A stretch of DNA of 58,791 bases from Solirubrobacteraceae bacterium (lineage in GTDB: Bacteria > Actinomycetota > Thermoleophilia > Solirubrobacterales > Solirubrobacteraceae): NCBI GenBank assembly GCA_040005775.1, contig JBDTYI010000049.1:1-58791 (forward strand). The letters run 5' to 3'. Below, piece by piece: positions 11,511-21,189 of the stretch. Numbering within the stretch: position 1 is the first letter of the stretch; each line of letters opens with the position of its first letter. The notes under the pieces were generated by a model that was not told the DNA's origin, did no database searches, and worked only from the letters and a program-made list of their open reading frames with translations. Both the position numbers and the translations under genes were made by a program.

Positions 11511-13516
11511 GCGGCGGGCTCGGGCGCGGGCGCGGGCTTCTCCTCGGCCGCTGCGGGTACGGGCACCGGCACGCCGGCGATGTCGTAGGCGTCCTGCTGG
11601 TCGAGCGTCTCGCGCTCGAGCAGGGCGCGGGCCAGCGCCTCCAGGCGGGGGCGCTCGCGCTCGAGCAGCAGGACGGTGTCGTGCTCGGCCTCGTCGACGA
11701 TCCGGCGCACCTCGTCGTCGACCAGGCGCTGCGTGGCCTCCGACACGGGCGCGGCGCCCGGCAGCAGCATGCCGTCCTGGCGGCCCTCGGCCACCGCGAC
11801 GGGGCCGATCGCGTCGCTCATGCCCCAGCGCCCGACCATGCCGCGCGCGATCTGGGTGAGCTGCTGGATGTCGGACTCGGCGCCGGTGGTGGTCTCGCCG
11901 TAGACGACGCGCTCCGCCGCGCGGCCGCCGAGGGCGACCATGATCCGGCCGAGCAGCTCCTCGCGCTCGTAGCCGTAGCGGTCGGCCTCGGGGGTCGACA
12001 GCGTCACGCCCAGCGCCTGGCCGCGCGGGATGATCGAGATCTTCCGCACCGGGTCCGCGCCCGGGGTGAGCATGCCGACGAGAGCGTGGCCGGACTCGTG
12101 ATAGGCGGTGCGCTCCCGGTCGGTGTGGCTCATCACGACGGCGCGCTCGGTGCCGAGGATGATCTTCTCGATCGCGTTGGTGAAGTCGCTCTGATGGACC
12201 TTCTCGTGGTCGAGGCGCGCGGCGAACAGCGCCGCCTCGTTGACGAGCAGGGCGAGGTCGGCGCCGGACATGCCCGGCGTCGAGGCGGCGATCGCGCCGA
12301 GGTCGGCGGATTCGTCGAGCGGGACCGAGCGGGTGTGGATGCGCAGGATCGCCTCGCGGCCCGTCTTGTCGGGCGGCTGCACGGCGATGCGGCGGTCGAA
12401 GCGCCCGGGGCGCAGGAGGGCGGAGTCGAGGACCTCGGGGCGGTTCGTCGCGCCGAGCACGATCACGCTCGTGTCGGGGTCGAAGCCGTCCATCTCGGTG
12501 AGGATCTGGTTGAGCGTCTGCTCGCGCTCGTCGCTGCCGCCGCCGAAGTTGCCCGGCCCGCCGCGCGAGCGGCCGATCGCGTCGAGCTCGTCGACGAAGA
12601 CGATCGCCGGGGCCGCCTCCTTGGCCTGCTTGAAGAGGTCGCGCACGCGGCTGGCGCCGACGCCGACGATCGCCTCGACGAACTCCGATGCGGAGATCGA
12701 GAAGAACGCGGCGTTCGCCTCCCCCGCGACCGCGCGGGCCAGCAGCGTCTTGCCGGTGCCGGGAGGCCCGTAGAGGAGCACGCCGCGCGGGATCCGGGCG
12801 CCGAGGCGCTGGTAGCGCTTGGGATTCTTGAGGAAGTCGACGATCTCGACGAGCTCGTTCTCGGCCTCGTCGATCCCGGCCACGTCGTCGAACGTCACGC
12901 GCGCCTGATCCTCGGGCTTGATCCGCCGCGCCGCCGAGCGGCCGAAGCCGCCGAGCGCCCCGCCCGAGCTCATGCGCCGCGCCAGGTAGACGAAGATGCC
13001 GACGAGCAGCAGGGTCGGGCCGAAGCCCAGCAGCAGCGTCAGCAGCGGCGATCGGCCGTCGTCGGCGGCCGACGCGTTGACCACGACGTTCTTGTCATCG
13101 AGGAGCTTGGTGAGGTCGACGGTGTCGACGAAGGCCGGCACCTGGGTCGTGAAGCGGTCGACCGCCTTGGCCTTGCCCTTCGGCGGCGTGTAGGTCGCCT
13201 TGGCCTTCAGCGTGCCCTCGATCGTCTGGTCGCGCGAGGAGATCTCCTGCACGTTGCCGGCCCGCACCTGGTCGACGAAGAACGGCTCGTAGGGGATGCG
13301 CGTGCGGTCGGCCGGGCCCCCGGTGACGAGGGCGAGCACGAAGTTGAGCGCCAGCAGCGCCACGATCGCGCCGATGAACGTGCCGCGCCGGTTACGCGGC
13401 ATCAGCGGGTTGGACTTGCCCCCGCGGCCGTCGGGCGCCGGGTCGACCTTCCACGACGGCTTCTCGTCGTCCCCGCGCCGCGGATGGTCGGGAGTGGGCT
13501 GGGAGCCGTCGGCCAT
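11507..13516 (-). CDS. ftsH: ATP-dependent zinc metalloprotease FtsH
   Basis: 669 aa. It has two N-terminal TM segments, AAA+ Walker [19 protein letters not shown], Walker B VFVDELDA, and zinc site HESGHAL. Confidence 0.95.
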   Translation of the reverse strand: MADGSQPTPDHPRRGDDEKPSWKVDPAPDGRGGKSNPLMPRNRRGTFIGAIVALLALNFVLALVTGGPADRTRIPYEPFFVDQVRAGNVQEISSRDQTIEGTLKAKATYTPPKGKAKAVDRFTTQVPAFVDTVDLTKLLDDKNVVVNASAADDGRSPLLTLLLGFGPTLLLVGIFVYLARRMSSGGALGGFGRSAARRIKPEDQARVTFDDVAGIDEAENELVEIVDFLKNPKRYQRLGARIPRGVLLYGPPGTGKTLLARAVAGEANAAFFSISASEFVEAIVGVGASRVRDLFKQAKEAAPAIVFVDELDAIGRSRGGPGNFGGGSDEREQTLNQILTEMDGFDPDTSVIVLGATNRPEVLDSALLRPGRFDRRIAVQPPDKTGREAILRIHTRSVPLDESADLGAIAASTPGMSGADLALLVNEAALFAARLDHEKVHQSDFTNAIEKIILGTERAVVMSHTDRERTAYHESGHALVGMLTPGADPVRKISIIPRGQALGVTLSTPEADRYGYEREELLGRIMVALGGRAAERVVYGETTTGAESDIQQLTQIARGMVGRWGMSDAIGPVAVAEGRQDGMLLPGAAPVSEATQRLVDDEVRRIVDEAEHDTVLLLERERPRLEALARALLERETLDQQDAYDIAGVPVPVPAAAEEKPAPAPEPAA

Positions 13517-13554
13517 CGCGGATCAGGGTAGCTGGCAGCTGCCGCCGGGCCGCG

Positions 13555-14853
13555 TCAGAGCAGCGTGGCGAGGTCGTCGAGGAACCGTGGGTAGGACACC
13601 GCCGCCGCGTCCATACCGACGACGTCGACCCCCTCGCGCGAGGCCAGGCCGGCGACGGCGCCCATCATCGCTAAGCGGTGGTCGCCGTGGCTGTGGATGG
13701 TCCCGCCGCGCAGGCCGCCCGTGCCGGTGACGACGAACCCGTCGGTCGTGGCCTCGATCTCGCCGCCCAGGCCCCGCAGGCCGTCGACGACGGTGGCGAT
13801 GCGGTCGGTCTCCTTCAGGCGCAGCTCCTCGGCGCCGCTGACGACGGTCTCGCCCTCGGCGAAGCAGCCCAGCAGCGCAACGAGCGGCAGCTCGTCGATC
13901 GCCAGCGGGACCTCGTCGGCGCCGACCGTGGTGCCCTCGATCGGCCCGTGGGCGACGTCGAGCTCGCCGACCGGCTCGGCGACCGGCACCTCGTCTCCGG
14001 GGTCCTCCTCGAGCTCGCCCAGGACGATCCCGCCCATCCGCGCGACGATGCGCATGAACCCGGTCCGCGTCCAGTTCAGCCCGACGTCTGCGATCAGCAG
14101 CCGCGCCCCGTGGACGAGCACGCCCGCCGCGACGAAGAACGCCGCCGAGGACGGGTCGCCGGGCACGGTGAAGCGCTCGGGCGTCAGCTCGTCGGCGCTG
14201 CCGACGGTGAGGGTCCGCCCGTCGCGACGCACGCCGATCCCGCCGCCGGCGAGCATCCGCTCGGTGTGGTCGCGGCTGGGCGCGGGCTCGGTGATGGTGG
14301 TGACGCCCTCGGCGCCGAGGGCGGCGAGCATCACGCACGACTTGACCTGCGCGCTGGCGACGGGCATGTCGTACTGGATCGCGCGCAGCGTGGTCCCGTG
14401 GATCGTGAACGGCGGCCGCCGCCCGTCAGTCGCCTCGATGACCGCCCCCATCTGCCGCAGCGGCTCGGCGACGCGGTCGACGGGCCGGCGACGAATCGAG
14501 TCGTCGCCGTCGAGGGTGAAGCTGCGCCCCTCCTGCGCGGCCAGCCAACCGGGCAGCAGGCGCATCAGCGTGCCCGCGTTGCCGACGTCGACGACGCCCT
14601 CCGGCTCTGCGGCCTCGCGCAGCCCGGGCCCGCGCACGAGGATCTCGTCGGCGCCGGCCTGCACGATCGCGCCGAGCGCGCGGACCGCGTCGAGGGTCGA
14701 GTTCGTGTCGGCGGCGTCGAGGTAGTTGGTGATGACGACCGGCTCTACCGACATGCCCGCCAGCAGCGCCGCGCGGTGGGAGATCGACTTGTCGGGCGGC
14801 GGGACGATCGTGCCGCGCAGGCGCGTCGCCGGCTCGATGCGCACGGTGCTCAC
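13555..14853 (-). CDS. aroA: 3-phosphoshikimate 1-carboxyvinyltransferase (EPSP synthase)
   Basis: 432 aa with PPDKSISHRAALLAGMS, GNAGTLMRLL and the ..DHRLAMM.. motifs. The GTG start overlaps the tyrA stop (GTGA). Confidence 0.9.
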   Translation of the reverse strand: MSTVRIEPATRLRGTIVPPPDKSISHRAALLAGMSVEPVVITNYLDAADTNSTLDAVRALGAIVQAGADEILVRGPGLREAAEPEGVVDVGNAGTLMRLLPGWLAAQEGRSFTLDGDDSIRRRPVDRVAEPLRQMGAVIEATDGRRPPFTIHGTTLRAIQYDMPVASAQVKSCVMLAALGAEGVTTITEPAPSRDHTERMLAGGGIGVRRDGRTLTVGSADELTPERFTVPGDPSSAAFFVAAGVLVHGARLLIADVGLNWTRTGFMRIVARMGGIVLGELEEDPGDEVPVAEPVGELDVAHGPIEGTTVGADEVPLAIDELPLVALLGCFAEGETVVSGAEELRLKETDRIATVVDGLRGLGGEIEATTDGFVVTGTGGLRGGTIHSHGDHRLAMMGAVAGLASREGVDVVGMDAAAVSYPRFLDDLATLL

Positions 14854-15890
14854 AGATCCACCCCGAAGCCGAGCTCGACGACGAGCGCGGCCGCCTCCTC
14901 GGCGCGCGCCTCGGGCACGGACACCGCGATCTCGCCGCGTTCGCCGCCCGCGGACGGGCTCAAGGCCATATCGGAGATGTTGATGCCGGCGTCGCTGAGG
15001 GCCAGCGCGATCTCCGCGACGACGCCCGGCCGGTTGGGGACGAGCGCGCGCAGCTCGCGGACGGGCCCGGCGGCCAGCGCGGAGAGCAGCGCGGCGCGGT
15101 CCTGGGCAGCCTGCTGCTGCCAGCCGGTGAGGTCGGCGCCTGAGCGCAGATCGTCGCGCACGGCCGCAAGCGCGGCGATCGCGCCGTCGAGCTCGTCGCC
15201 GAGCGCGGGTGCGTTCGCCGCGTAGATGCCATTCCAGAGCGGCGGGTTGGCGCCGGCCACGCGCGTGGCGTCGCGGAAGCTCGGGCCGGTGGCCGGAACG
15301 CGCTCGTCGCCCAGGGCGCCGGCCGCGCGGGCCACGAGCACGTTGGCCAGCACGTGGGGCAGATGGCTGACCGCCGCCATCAGGCGGTCATGCGCCTCGG
15401 CGTCGATCACGACGGGCCGGGCGCCCAGGCCACTCAGCAGCCGGTGCAGGCGCTCGAGCACGACGCCCTGGGCGTCGGGCGCCGGGGTCAGGTACCAGGT
15501 GGCGTCGTCGAACAGGTCCGCGCGGGCGTGCTCGACCCCGCTGACCTCGGCGCCGGCGAGCGGATGGCCGCCGACGAAACGCGGGTCGCGGCACGAGCGC
15601 GCGACCGCGCCCTTCGTCGAGCCCACATCCGTGACGGCGCAGCCGGGCGGCGCCGCGTCGAGCACCGCGCGCACGGTGTCGAGGAGTCCGTCGACCGGCA
15701 CGGCGACGAACGCCGCGTCGGCGCCCTCCAGCGCGGAGGCGAGGTCGTCGTGCGCGGAGTCCACGGCGCCGCGGGCGACTGCCTGGTCGCCGCGCGGGTC
15801 CACGCCGCGCACGGTCGCCCCCAGGCGCTCGCGCGCGGCGAGTCCGATCGAGCCCCCCACGAGCCCCACGCCGACGACCGCGATGTTCAA
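14850..15890 (-). CDS. tyrA: Prephenate dehydrogenase with C-terminal ACT domain
   Basis: (M)[20 protein letters not shown] Rossmann motif, a GHPLAG motif, and a C-terminal ACT-like LVPNRPGVVAEIALALSDAGINISDMAL. The TTG start overlaps the aroF stop (TTGA). Confidence 0.85.
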   Translation of the reverse strand: MNIAVVGVGLVGGSIGLAARERLGATVRGVDPRGDQAVARGAVDSAHDDLASALEGADAAFVAVPVDGLLDTVRAVLDAAPPGCAVTDVGSTKGAVARSCRDPRFVGGHPLAGAEVSGVEHARADLFDDATWYLTPAPDAQGVVLERLHRLLSGLGARPVVIDAEAHDRLMAAVSHLPHVLANVLVARAAGALGDERVPATGPSFRDATRVAGANPPLWNGIYAANAPALGDELDGAIAALAAVRDDLRSGADLTGWQQQAAQDRAALLSALAAGPVRELRALVPNRPGVVAEIALALSDAGINISDMALSPSAGGERGEIAVSVPEARAEEAAALVVELGFGVDL

Positions 15891-16915
15891 GCGTCCACGA
15901 GGACAGCCTTGCCGGCGATCGCCGCGGCGGCCCGGACCTGGCTCGCGTAGCGCGTGAAGTCGTCGGCGTACAGCTGCTGCGGCCCGTCGCAGATCGCCTG
16001 CTCGGGATCGGGGTGCACCTCGACGATGATGCCGTCGGCGCCGGCTGCGGCCGCGGCCAGGCTCAGCGGCTCCACCAGGTCGCGCCGGCCCGCCGCGTGG
16101 CTGGGGTCGACGACGACCGGCAGGTGCGTGAGCTCCTTGAGCACGGGGATGGCGGTGAGGTCGAGCGTGAAGCGGTAGGCCGTCTCGAACGTGCGGATGC
16201 CGCGCTCGCAGAGCATCACCGACTCGTTGCCCTCCTTGAGGATGTACTCCGCGGCCATCAGCAGCTCCTCGAGCGTCGCCGACAGGCCGCGCTTGAGCAG
16301 CGCCGGGATGCCCGCGCGGCCGACCTCGCTGAGCAGCGCGTAGTTCTGCATGTTGCGCGCGCCGATCTGGATGACGTCGGCGACCTCCATGATCGGCTCG
16401 AGGTCACGAGCGTCCATGAGCTCGGTGACGATCGGCAGGCCGGTGCGCTCCTTGGCCTCGGCGAGCAGCCTCAGGCCCTCCTGCCCCAGACCCTGGAAGG
16501 CATACGGGCTCGTGCGCGGCTTGTAGGCGCCGCCGCGGAGCATCGTCGCGCCGCCGGCGAGCACGGCGTCGGCCGCGGTAAGCAGCTGGTCGCGCGACTC
16601 GACGGTGCAGGGCCCGGCGATGAGCGCGAAGTGCTCACCGCCGATCTTGCGCCCGCCGATGTCGAGCACCGTGCGCTGGCCATGCTTCACCTGCTTGCTG
16701 GCAAGCTTGTAGGGCTTGAGGATGGGCACGACCCGGTCGACGCCGGAGGAGCCCTGCAGCTCCAGCCGGGCGATGTGCTCCAGGTCGCCGACGGCGCCGA
16801 TCACGGTCACCTCGTCGCCGCGGCTGGGGTGGGCGCGGGCCCCCACGGATTCGATCCGCTCGATGACGGCCTCGACGTCTGCGTCGCTGGCCGTCGGCTT
16901 CATCACGATCATCAT
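15887..16915 (-). CDS. aroF: 3-deoxy-7-phosphoheptulonate (DAHP) synthase, type I-beta, with N-terminal ferredoxin-like regulatory domain
   Basis: 342 aa. An N-terminal roughly 70-aa ACT/FL-like domain ([25 protein letters not shown]) is followed by a KDO8PS/DAHPS I-beta core with [16 protein letters not shown] and [14 protein letters not shown] lies 9 nt upstream. Confidence 0.85.
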   Translation of the reverse strand: MMIVMKPTASDADVEAVIERIESVGARAHPSRGDEVTVIGAVGDLEHIARLELQGSSGVDRVVPILKPYKLASKQVKHGQRTVLDIGGRKIGGEHFALIAGPCTVESRDQLLTAADAVLAGGATMLRGGAYKPRTSPYAFQGLGQEGLRLLAEAKERTGLPIVTELMDARDLEPIMEVADVIQIGARNMQNYALLSEVGRAGIPALLKRGLSATLEELLMAAEYILKEGNESVMLCERGIRTFETAYRFTLDLTAIPVLKELTHLPVVVDPSHAAGRRDLVEPLSLAAAAAGADGIIVEVHPDPEQAICDGPQQLYADDFTRYASQVRAAAAIAGKAVLVDA

Positions 16916-17024
16916 GGCTTCGGTTCCTTTTCAGCTTCCTGGCGATGGTACGGGCGGGATGCGTTACCGGCGCTCGACCTGAGGCAGCAGAAGCTGCGCG
17001 CCCGTCAGCGGGCGGGCCGAGCGC

Positions 17025-17117
17025 CTAGCGAAATCGCCAGGCGGAATAGGTCGCGTAGCCGTAGCTCGACAGCGGGACGCCGGAGCGCGCGGGAGTGCTG
17101 TCGAGGCGGACGGGCAT
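17025..17117 (-). promoter_or_regulatory. Candidate attenuator leader ORF (30 codons, aromatic-rich) in the degV-aroF spacer
   Basis: ATG 17117 to TAG 17025 encodes MPVRLDSTPARSGVPLSSYGYATYSAWRFR, with 3 Tyr, 1 Trp and 1 Phe in the last 12 codons. It is followed by several mutually exclusive complementary segments that reach the aroF SD region (see finding). There is no SD of its own; it starts 14 nt after the degV stop. Confidence 0.4.
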
Positions 17118-17131
17118 GCGAGGCGGCGATC

Positions 17132-17968
17132 CTAGCGGGTCACGAGGCCACCGATCAGCATCCCGGACCCGAGGTGCGCGCCGAGGACGGGGCCGACCTG
17201 GGTGCAGAACACCGGCGGGCCGCCGAGGATCTCGGTTCCCTGCTCGGCGAGGCGCTGCGCGTCGTCGCGGGACTGGGCGTGCTGGACGACCCACTCGGTC
17301 GTGCCGGCCTCGCGCAGCTCGTGCAGGTAGGCGACCATCCGCTCGAACGCCCGCTTGCGCGTGCGCACGCGGCCGACCGGGGCGATCTCCGTGCCGAAGG
17401 TGAGGATCGGCTTGACCTGGAGCGCCGAGCCCAGCAGCGCCCGCGCAGCGCCGATGCGCCCGCCCTTGCGCAAGAACTCGAGCGTGTCCAGGCAGAACCA
17501 CATCTGCAGCTGCGCGCGGGCCTCATGGGCGGCCGCGACGACCGCGTCGGCGTCGGCACCGTCGCGGGCGGCCCGCGCCGCGGCGAGGATGACGAGGCCC
17601 AGCCCGCCGGCGCCCGTCTCGGCGTCGAGGACCTCGACGCGGCCGCCGTCGAGCGCCCTGGCGGCCTCGCGGGCGCTCTGGCAGGTGCCCGACAGGCCCT
17701 CGGCGAGGTGGATCGACACGATGTCGTGCCCGGCGGCCACCAGCGGCGGATAGACGGCGAGAAAGTCGCCGACCGATGGCTGCGAGGTCTGCGGCAGCGA
17801 CTCGGACTCCCGCAGCCGTGCATAGAAGGCCTCGAGGTCGGTGTAGTCGCGCTCGGGCTGCCGGTCCCCGCCCCAGCCGACGTAGAGGCTGACCTGATGC
17901 ACGCCGAGCGCCCCGAGCTGCTCGGCGGGCACGTAGGACGTGGTGTCACAGACGACGGCAACGCTCAT
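17132..17968 (-). CDS. DegV family fatty-acid-binding protein
   Basis: Track ORF 17132..18808 trimmed to ATG 17968, which overlaps the hisC stop (ATGA). It reads MSVAVVCDTTSYVPAEQLGALGVHQVSLYV..SQPSVGDFLAVY..IVSIHLAEGLSGT, typical of DegV. Confidence 0.85.
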   Translation of the reverse strand: MSVAVVCDTTSYVPAEQLGALGVHQVSLYVGWGGDRQPERDYTDLEAFYARLRESESLPQTSQPSVGDFLAVYPPLVAAGHDIVSIHLAEGLSGTCQSAREAARALDGGRVEVLDAETGAGGLGLVILAAARAARDGADADAVVAAAHEARAQLQMWFCLDTLEFLRKGGRIGAARALLGSALQVKPILTFGTEIAPVGRVRTRKRAFERMVAYLHELREAGTTEWVVQHAQSRDDAQRLAEQGTEILGGPPVFCTQVGPVLGAHLGSGMLIGGLVTR

Positions 17969-19065
17969 GCGAGCAGCTCGGAGAGCTCGCGCAGGAAGCG
18001 CCGGTTCTGCTGCGGCGCGCCGTAGGTGACGCGGATAGCCCCCGGCCTCCCGAGGGCGGCGCCCGCACGGACGAGCACGCCGCGCTTCGCCAGCTCTCCC
18101 ACCACGTGCGCCTCGGTGGCCGCCCGATCGTCGGGTGGGCGGGACGGTAGATCGAACCACGCGAAGTTCGCCTGCGACTCGGCGGGCTCGATGCCCAGCG
18201 CGCGCAGGCCGTCGTCGAGCTCCACGCGCTCCATCACCGCGCGCTCGACGCGCTCGGTCACCGCGTCGCCGTGCTTGAGCGCCTCGATGGCCGCCGCCTG
18301 GGCGACCGCGTTGCAGAAGAACGGCTGGCGCACCTGGTTGACGGCCGTGACCAGTTCCTCGGAGCCGCACAGGGCATAGCCGACGCGCAGCCCGCAGAGC
18401 CCGTAGACCTTCGAGAACGTCCGCAGGAGCACGAGGTTCGGGTGACGCTTGAGCAGGTCGATCGTCGTGTCGGGGTCGTCGAGCGTGTTGTACTCGCAGT
18501 AGGCCTCGTCGACGATCAGGCACACGTGGCGCGGCACCTTCGCCGCGAACGCCGCGATGTCGGCCGCGGGCACCGCGGTCGACGTCGGGTTGTTCGGGTT
18601 GCAGACGATCACCAGGCGCGTCGCGGCAGTGATCTCGGCCGCCATCGCGTCGAGGTCGTGGGTGTGGCTGTCGTCGAGGTCGACCGTGATCGCCGTGGCA
18701 CCGGAGGCCGCCGCGAGGTGCGGGTAGATGCTGAACGACGGCCACGCGTGGACGAGCTCGGCGCCCGGCTCCAGCAGCGCCTCCCCGGCGGCGAGCAGGA
18801 TGTCGCACGAGCCGTTGCCGATCGCGATGCGCTCGGGGCGCACGCCGTAGCGGTCGCTCAGCGCGCGGCGCAGTGCCGCGTTGGTCGGGTCGGGGTAGCG
18901 GTTGGCCCCCTCCAGCGCCTTGGCGGCGGCCGCGATGACACCGGGCAGCGGCGGCTCAGGGCTCTCGTTGGACGCCAGCAACGCGACGTCCTCGGGCAGC
19001 GCGTAGGCGCTGGCCGCCGGGTAGACGGGGATGCGGCGGACGGCGTCGGAGAACTCGAGGGCCAT
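17965..19065 (-). CDS. hisC: Histidinol-phosphate/aromatic aminotransferase (class II PLP aminotransferase)
   Basis: 366 aa with LASNESPEPP, RYPDP, and the PLP-lysine region RTFSKVYGLCGLRVGY. The genomic context with aro genes resembles the hisC-tyrA-aroE arrangement of Bacillus. Confidence 0.85.
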   Translation of the reverse strand: MALEFSDAVRRIPVYPAASAYALPEDVALLASNESPEPPLPGVIAAAAKALEGANRYPDPTNAALRRALSDRYGVRPERIAIGNGSCDILLAAGEALLEPGAELVHAWPSFSIYPHLAAASGATAITVDLDDSHTHDLDAMAAEITAATRLVIVCNPNNPTSTAVPAADIAAFAAKVPRHVCLIVDEAYCEYNTLDDPDTTIDLLKRHPNLVLLRTFSKVYGLCGLRVGYALCGSEELVTAVNQVRQPFFCNAVAQAAAIEALKHGDAVTERVERAVMERVELDDGLRALGIEPAESQANFAWFDLPSRPPDDRAATEAHVVGELAKRGVLVRAGAALGRPGAIRVTYGAPQQNRRFLRELSELLA

Positions 19066-19089
19066 GCCCCCATTGTGTCCTGCGCGGCG

Positions 19090-19893
19090 TCAGCGCGGCG
19101 GCGCGGCCTCGCACGCCGTCGCAAACGGCCGGAAGCCGACGCGCCCGTAGACGCGGGCGACGTCCTCGTCGGCGGCGCCCATGAACGTCGTCGTGACGCC
19201 CAGTGCGGCGACCGCGTCGACGAGCGCGGCGACCACGAGTGCGGCGATCCCGCGGCGCCGGGCGGAGGGCAGCGTCGCGATGCCGACCAGCTCGCTCACC
19301 GCCCCCCGAGGGAGCGCCGTGCCGCCGCAGGCCGGGCCGTCAGCATCCTCGGCGACGGCCATCACGGCGTGCCCGGCGCGGATCTGGTGCGCCACGAAGA
19401 CGTCGGCGCGCGGATCGCGCGCGGCTAGCTGATGCTCGCGCTCGCGCACTCCGGCCTCCCCCACGGTGGTGCCCGGACTCCCGAAGCCGACCGCGACCGC
19501 CGCCTGGGTCGCGGGCAGCGCGCGATCGTCGGCGTCGAGCACACGGACCGTGACCCCGGCCACGGGCGCTGCGGCCAAGGGCCGGTCGAGCACGAGCAGC
19601 GGGAAGCGCTCGACCTCCAGGCCGGCGGCGCACGCGGCGGCCTCGGCGGACGGGGTTGTATCGACGATCCACTCGAGCTTCTCCGGGGCGCCGAGCTCGC
19701 GCTGCCGGGCCCGGACGAGCGCGATGTCCTCAGCGGTCACGGGCGCGTGGCCAGGCCGCGGGCGCGCGTAGTAGGGCCAGGCGCCGGTGCCGACGAACAG
19801 GCGCAGCGAGCCGTGGTCCTCGACCGTGGCTGCCGCCCGCGGCAGCTCGTCGAGGTAGGCCTCCACCCGCTCGAGCAGCGCGGCCGCGCTCAT
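19090..19893 (-). CDS. GNAT family N-acetyltransferase
   Basis: 267 aa. The C-terminal half carries acetyl-CoA motif A: VGIATLPSARRRGIAALVVAALV..YGRVGF. The ATG overlaps the aroH stop (ATGA). Confidence 0.7.
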   Translation of the reverse strand: MSAAALLERVEAYLDELPRAAATVEDHGSLRLFVGTGAWPYYARPRPGHAPVTAEDIALVRARQRELGAPEKLEWIVDTTPSAEAAACAAGLEVERFPLLVLDRPLAAAPVAGVTVRVLDADDRALPATQAAVAVGFGSPGTTVGEAGVREREHQLAARDPRADVFVAHQIRAGHAVMAVAEDADGPACGGTALPRGAVSELVGIATLPSARRRGIAALVVAALVDAVAALGVTTTFMGAADEDVARVYGRVGFRPFATACEAAPPR

Positions 19894-20255
19894 TGGGCGG
19901 CGTCGAGGTCGGTCCGCAGGGCGCGGGCCTCCCCCAGGTACACGTGGCGTGCGTGGTGCTCGTCGTCGGCGTGGTAGTGGATCAGCACGCGGATCACCTG
20001 CGGCAGGGCGCCGGGCACCGGGATCTCGCGCGCGCAGAGCAGCGGCACGCGATCGAAGCCCAGGCGGCGCGCCGCGACGGCCGGGAACTCGGCGTCGAGG
20101 TCGGGGGTCAGCGTGAAGATGCAGCTCACGACGTCGTCGGGGGAGAGCTCGTTGCGGGCCATGAGCTCGCGCATCAGCTCCTCGGTGGCGCCGAGGATCG
20201 CGTCGGCGTCGTTGGCCGTGACGCTCGCGGCGCCGCGCAGGGCGAACAGTCGCAT
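19890..20255 (-). CDS. aroH: Chorismate mutase, AroH class
   Basis: 121 aa: MRLFALRGAASV..DDVVSCIFTLTPDLDAEFPA..IRVLIHY..ARHVYLGEARALRTDL. This is colinear with the monofunctional B. subtilis AroH fold. Confidence 0.85.
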   Translation of the reverse strand: MRLFALRGAASVTANDADAILGATEELMRELMARNELSPDDVVSCIFTLTPDLDAEFPAVAARRLGFDRVPLLCAREIPVPGALPQVIRVLIHYHADDEHHARHVYLGEARALRTDLDAAQ

Positions 20256-20292
20256 CAGCGCGGACTATGCCAGGGGCGCCAGCGGCGGTCGG

Positions 20293-21156
20293 CTACCCGC
20301 CCCCGGCGATGACCGGCCCGGCCTCGCGGGCGAAGGCGTCGTAGTCACGCGGGGGGCGGCCGGTCGCCGCCTGCACGCCGTCGGCCACGCCGCCGGCGTA
20401 ACCCGGCGCGTAGACGTGCACGTCGAGCTCGATGAGGCCGTCGACGTTGAAGTCGGGGTAGCCCGCCGAGCGCATGGCCTCGGCGGCCTGGTCCTCGGAG
20501 ATCTCGGTGACCTCCACCGAGCGCCCTGCCGCATCAGCCAGCTTGTGGGCCTGCTGAGTACGCGTGAGCGCCCCGGGTCCGGTCAGCTCGTAGACCTTGC
20601 CCGCGTGACCGGGCTCGGTGAGCGCCACGGCCGCGACGGCGGCGATGTCGCGCACGTCCACCGACGAGATCGGCGCATCCGCGATCGGCGTGTAGATCGT
20701 TCCCGAGGGCAGCGTGGCGGCCCATCCGAACGCGTTCTGCATGAAGTCGGTCGGCCGCAGGATCGTGTGCGCCACCCCGGAGTCGGCCAGTGCCGCCTCG
20801 AGCTTGCCGTGAGCGGAAGCGAAGCGCACGGGCGCTGACGGATCAGCCCCGATCACCGACAGCTTGACCAGATGTATGCCCCCGCGTCGCGCGACGGAGT
20901 CGATCGCGGCGCGCTCCAGCGCGACCTGGTCGAAGGCCGCCGGGGCGACGAGGAAGACGTGGTCGACCCCGTCGAGGGCGGCGTCCAGCGAGGCGGCATC
21001 GGTCAGGTCCCCGATCGCGAGCTCGGCGCCCGCGTCGCGAGCGGCGGCCCCCTTTTCCTCGGAGCGCACGAAGGCGCGCACGGGCGCGTCCGCGTCGCGC
21101 AGGGCGTGCACGACCTGGGAGCCGACCTGTCCGGTCGAGCCGATGACGAGGATCAT
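20293..21156 (-). CDS. NmrA-like / atypical SDR NAD(P)-binding protein
   Basis: 287 aa starting MILVIGSTGQVGSQVVHALRD (Rossmann GxxGxxG); the overall NmrA/HSCARG-type layout is present. Confidence 0.75.
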   Translation of the reverse strand: MILVIGSTGQVGSQVVHALRDADAPVRAFVRSEEKGAAARDAGAELAIGDLTDAASLDAALDGVDHVFLVAPAAFDQVALERAAIDSVARRGGIHLVKLSVIGADPSAPVRFASAHGKLEAALADSGVAHTILRPTDFMQNAFGWAATLPSGTIYTPIADAPISSVDVRDIAAVAAVALTEPGHAGKVYELTGPGALTRTQQAHKLADAAGRSVEVTEISEDQAAEAMRSAGYPDFNVDGLIELDVHVYAPGYAGGVADGVQAATGRPPRDYDAFAREAGPVIAGGG

Positions 21157-21189
21157 GTCCCGGACGCTACGCGCGGCCGAGGGGTGCGG

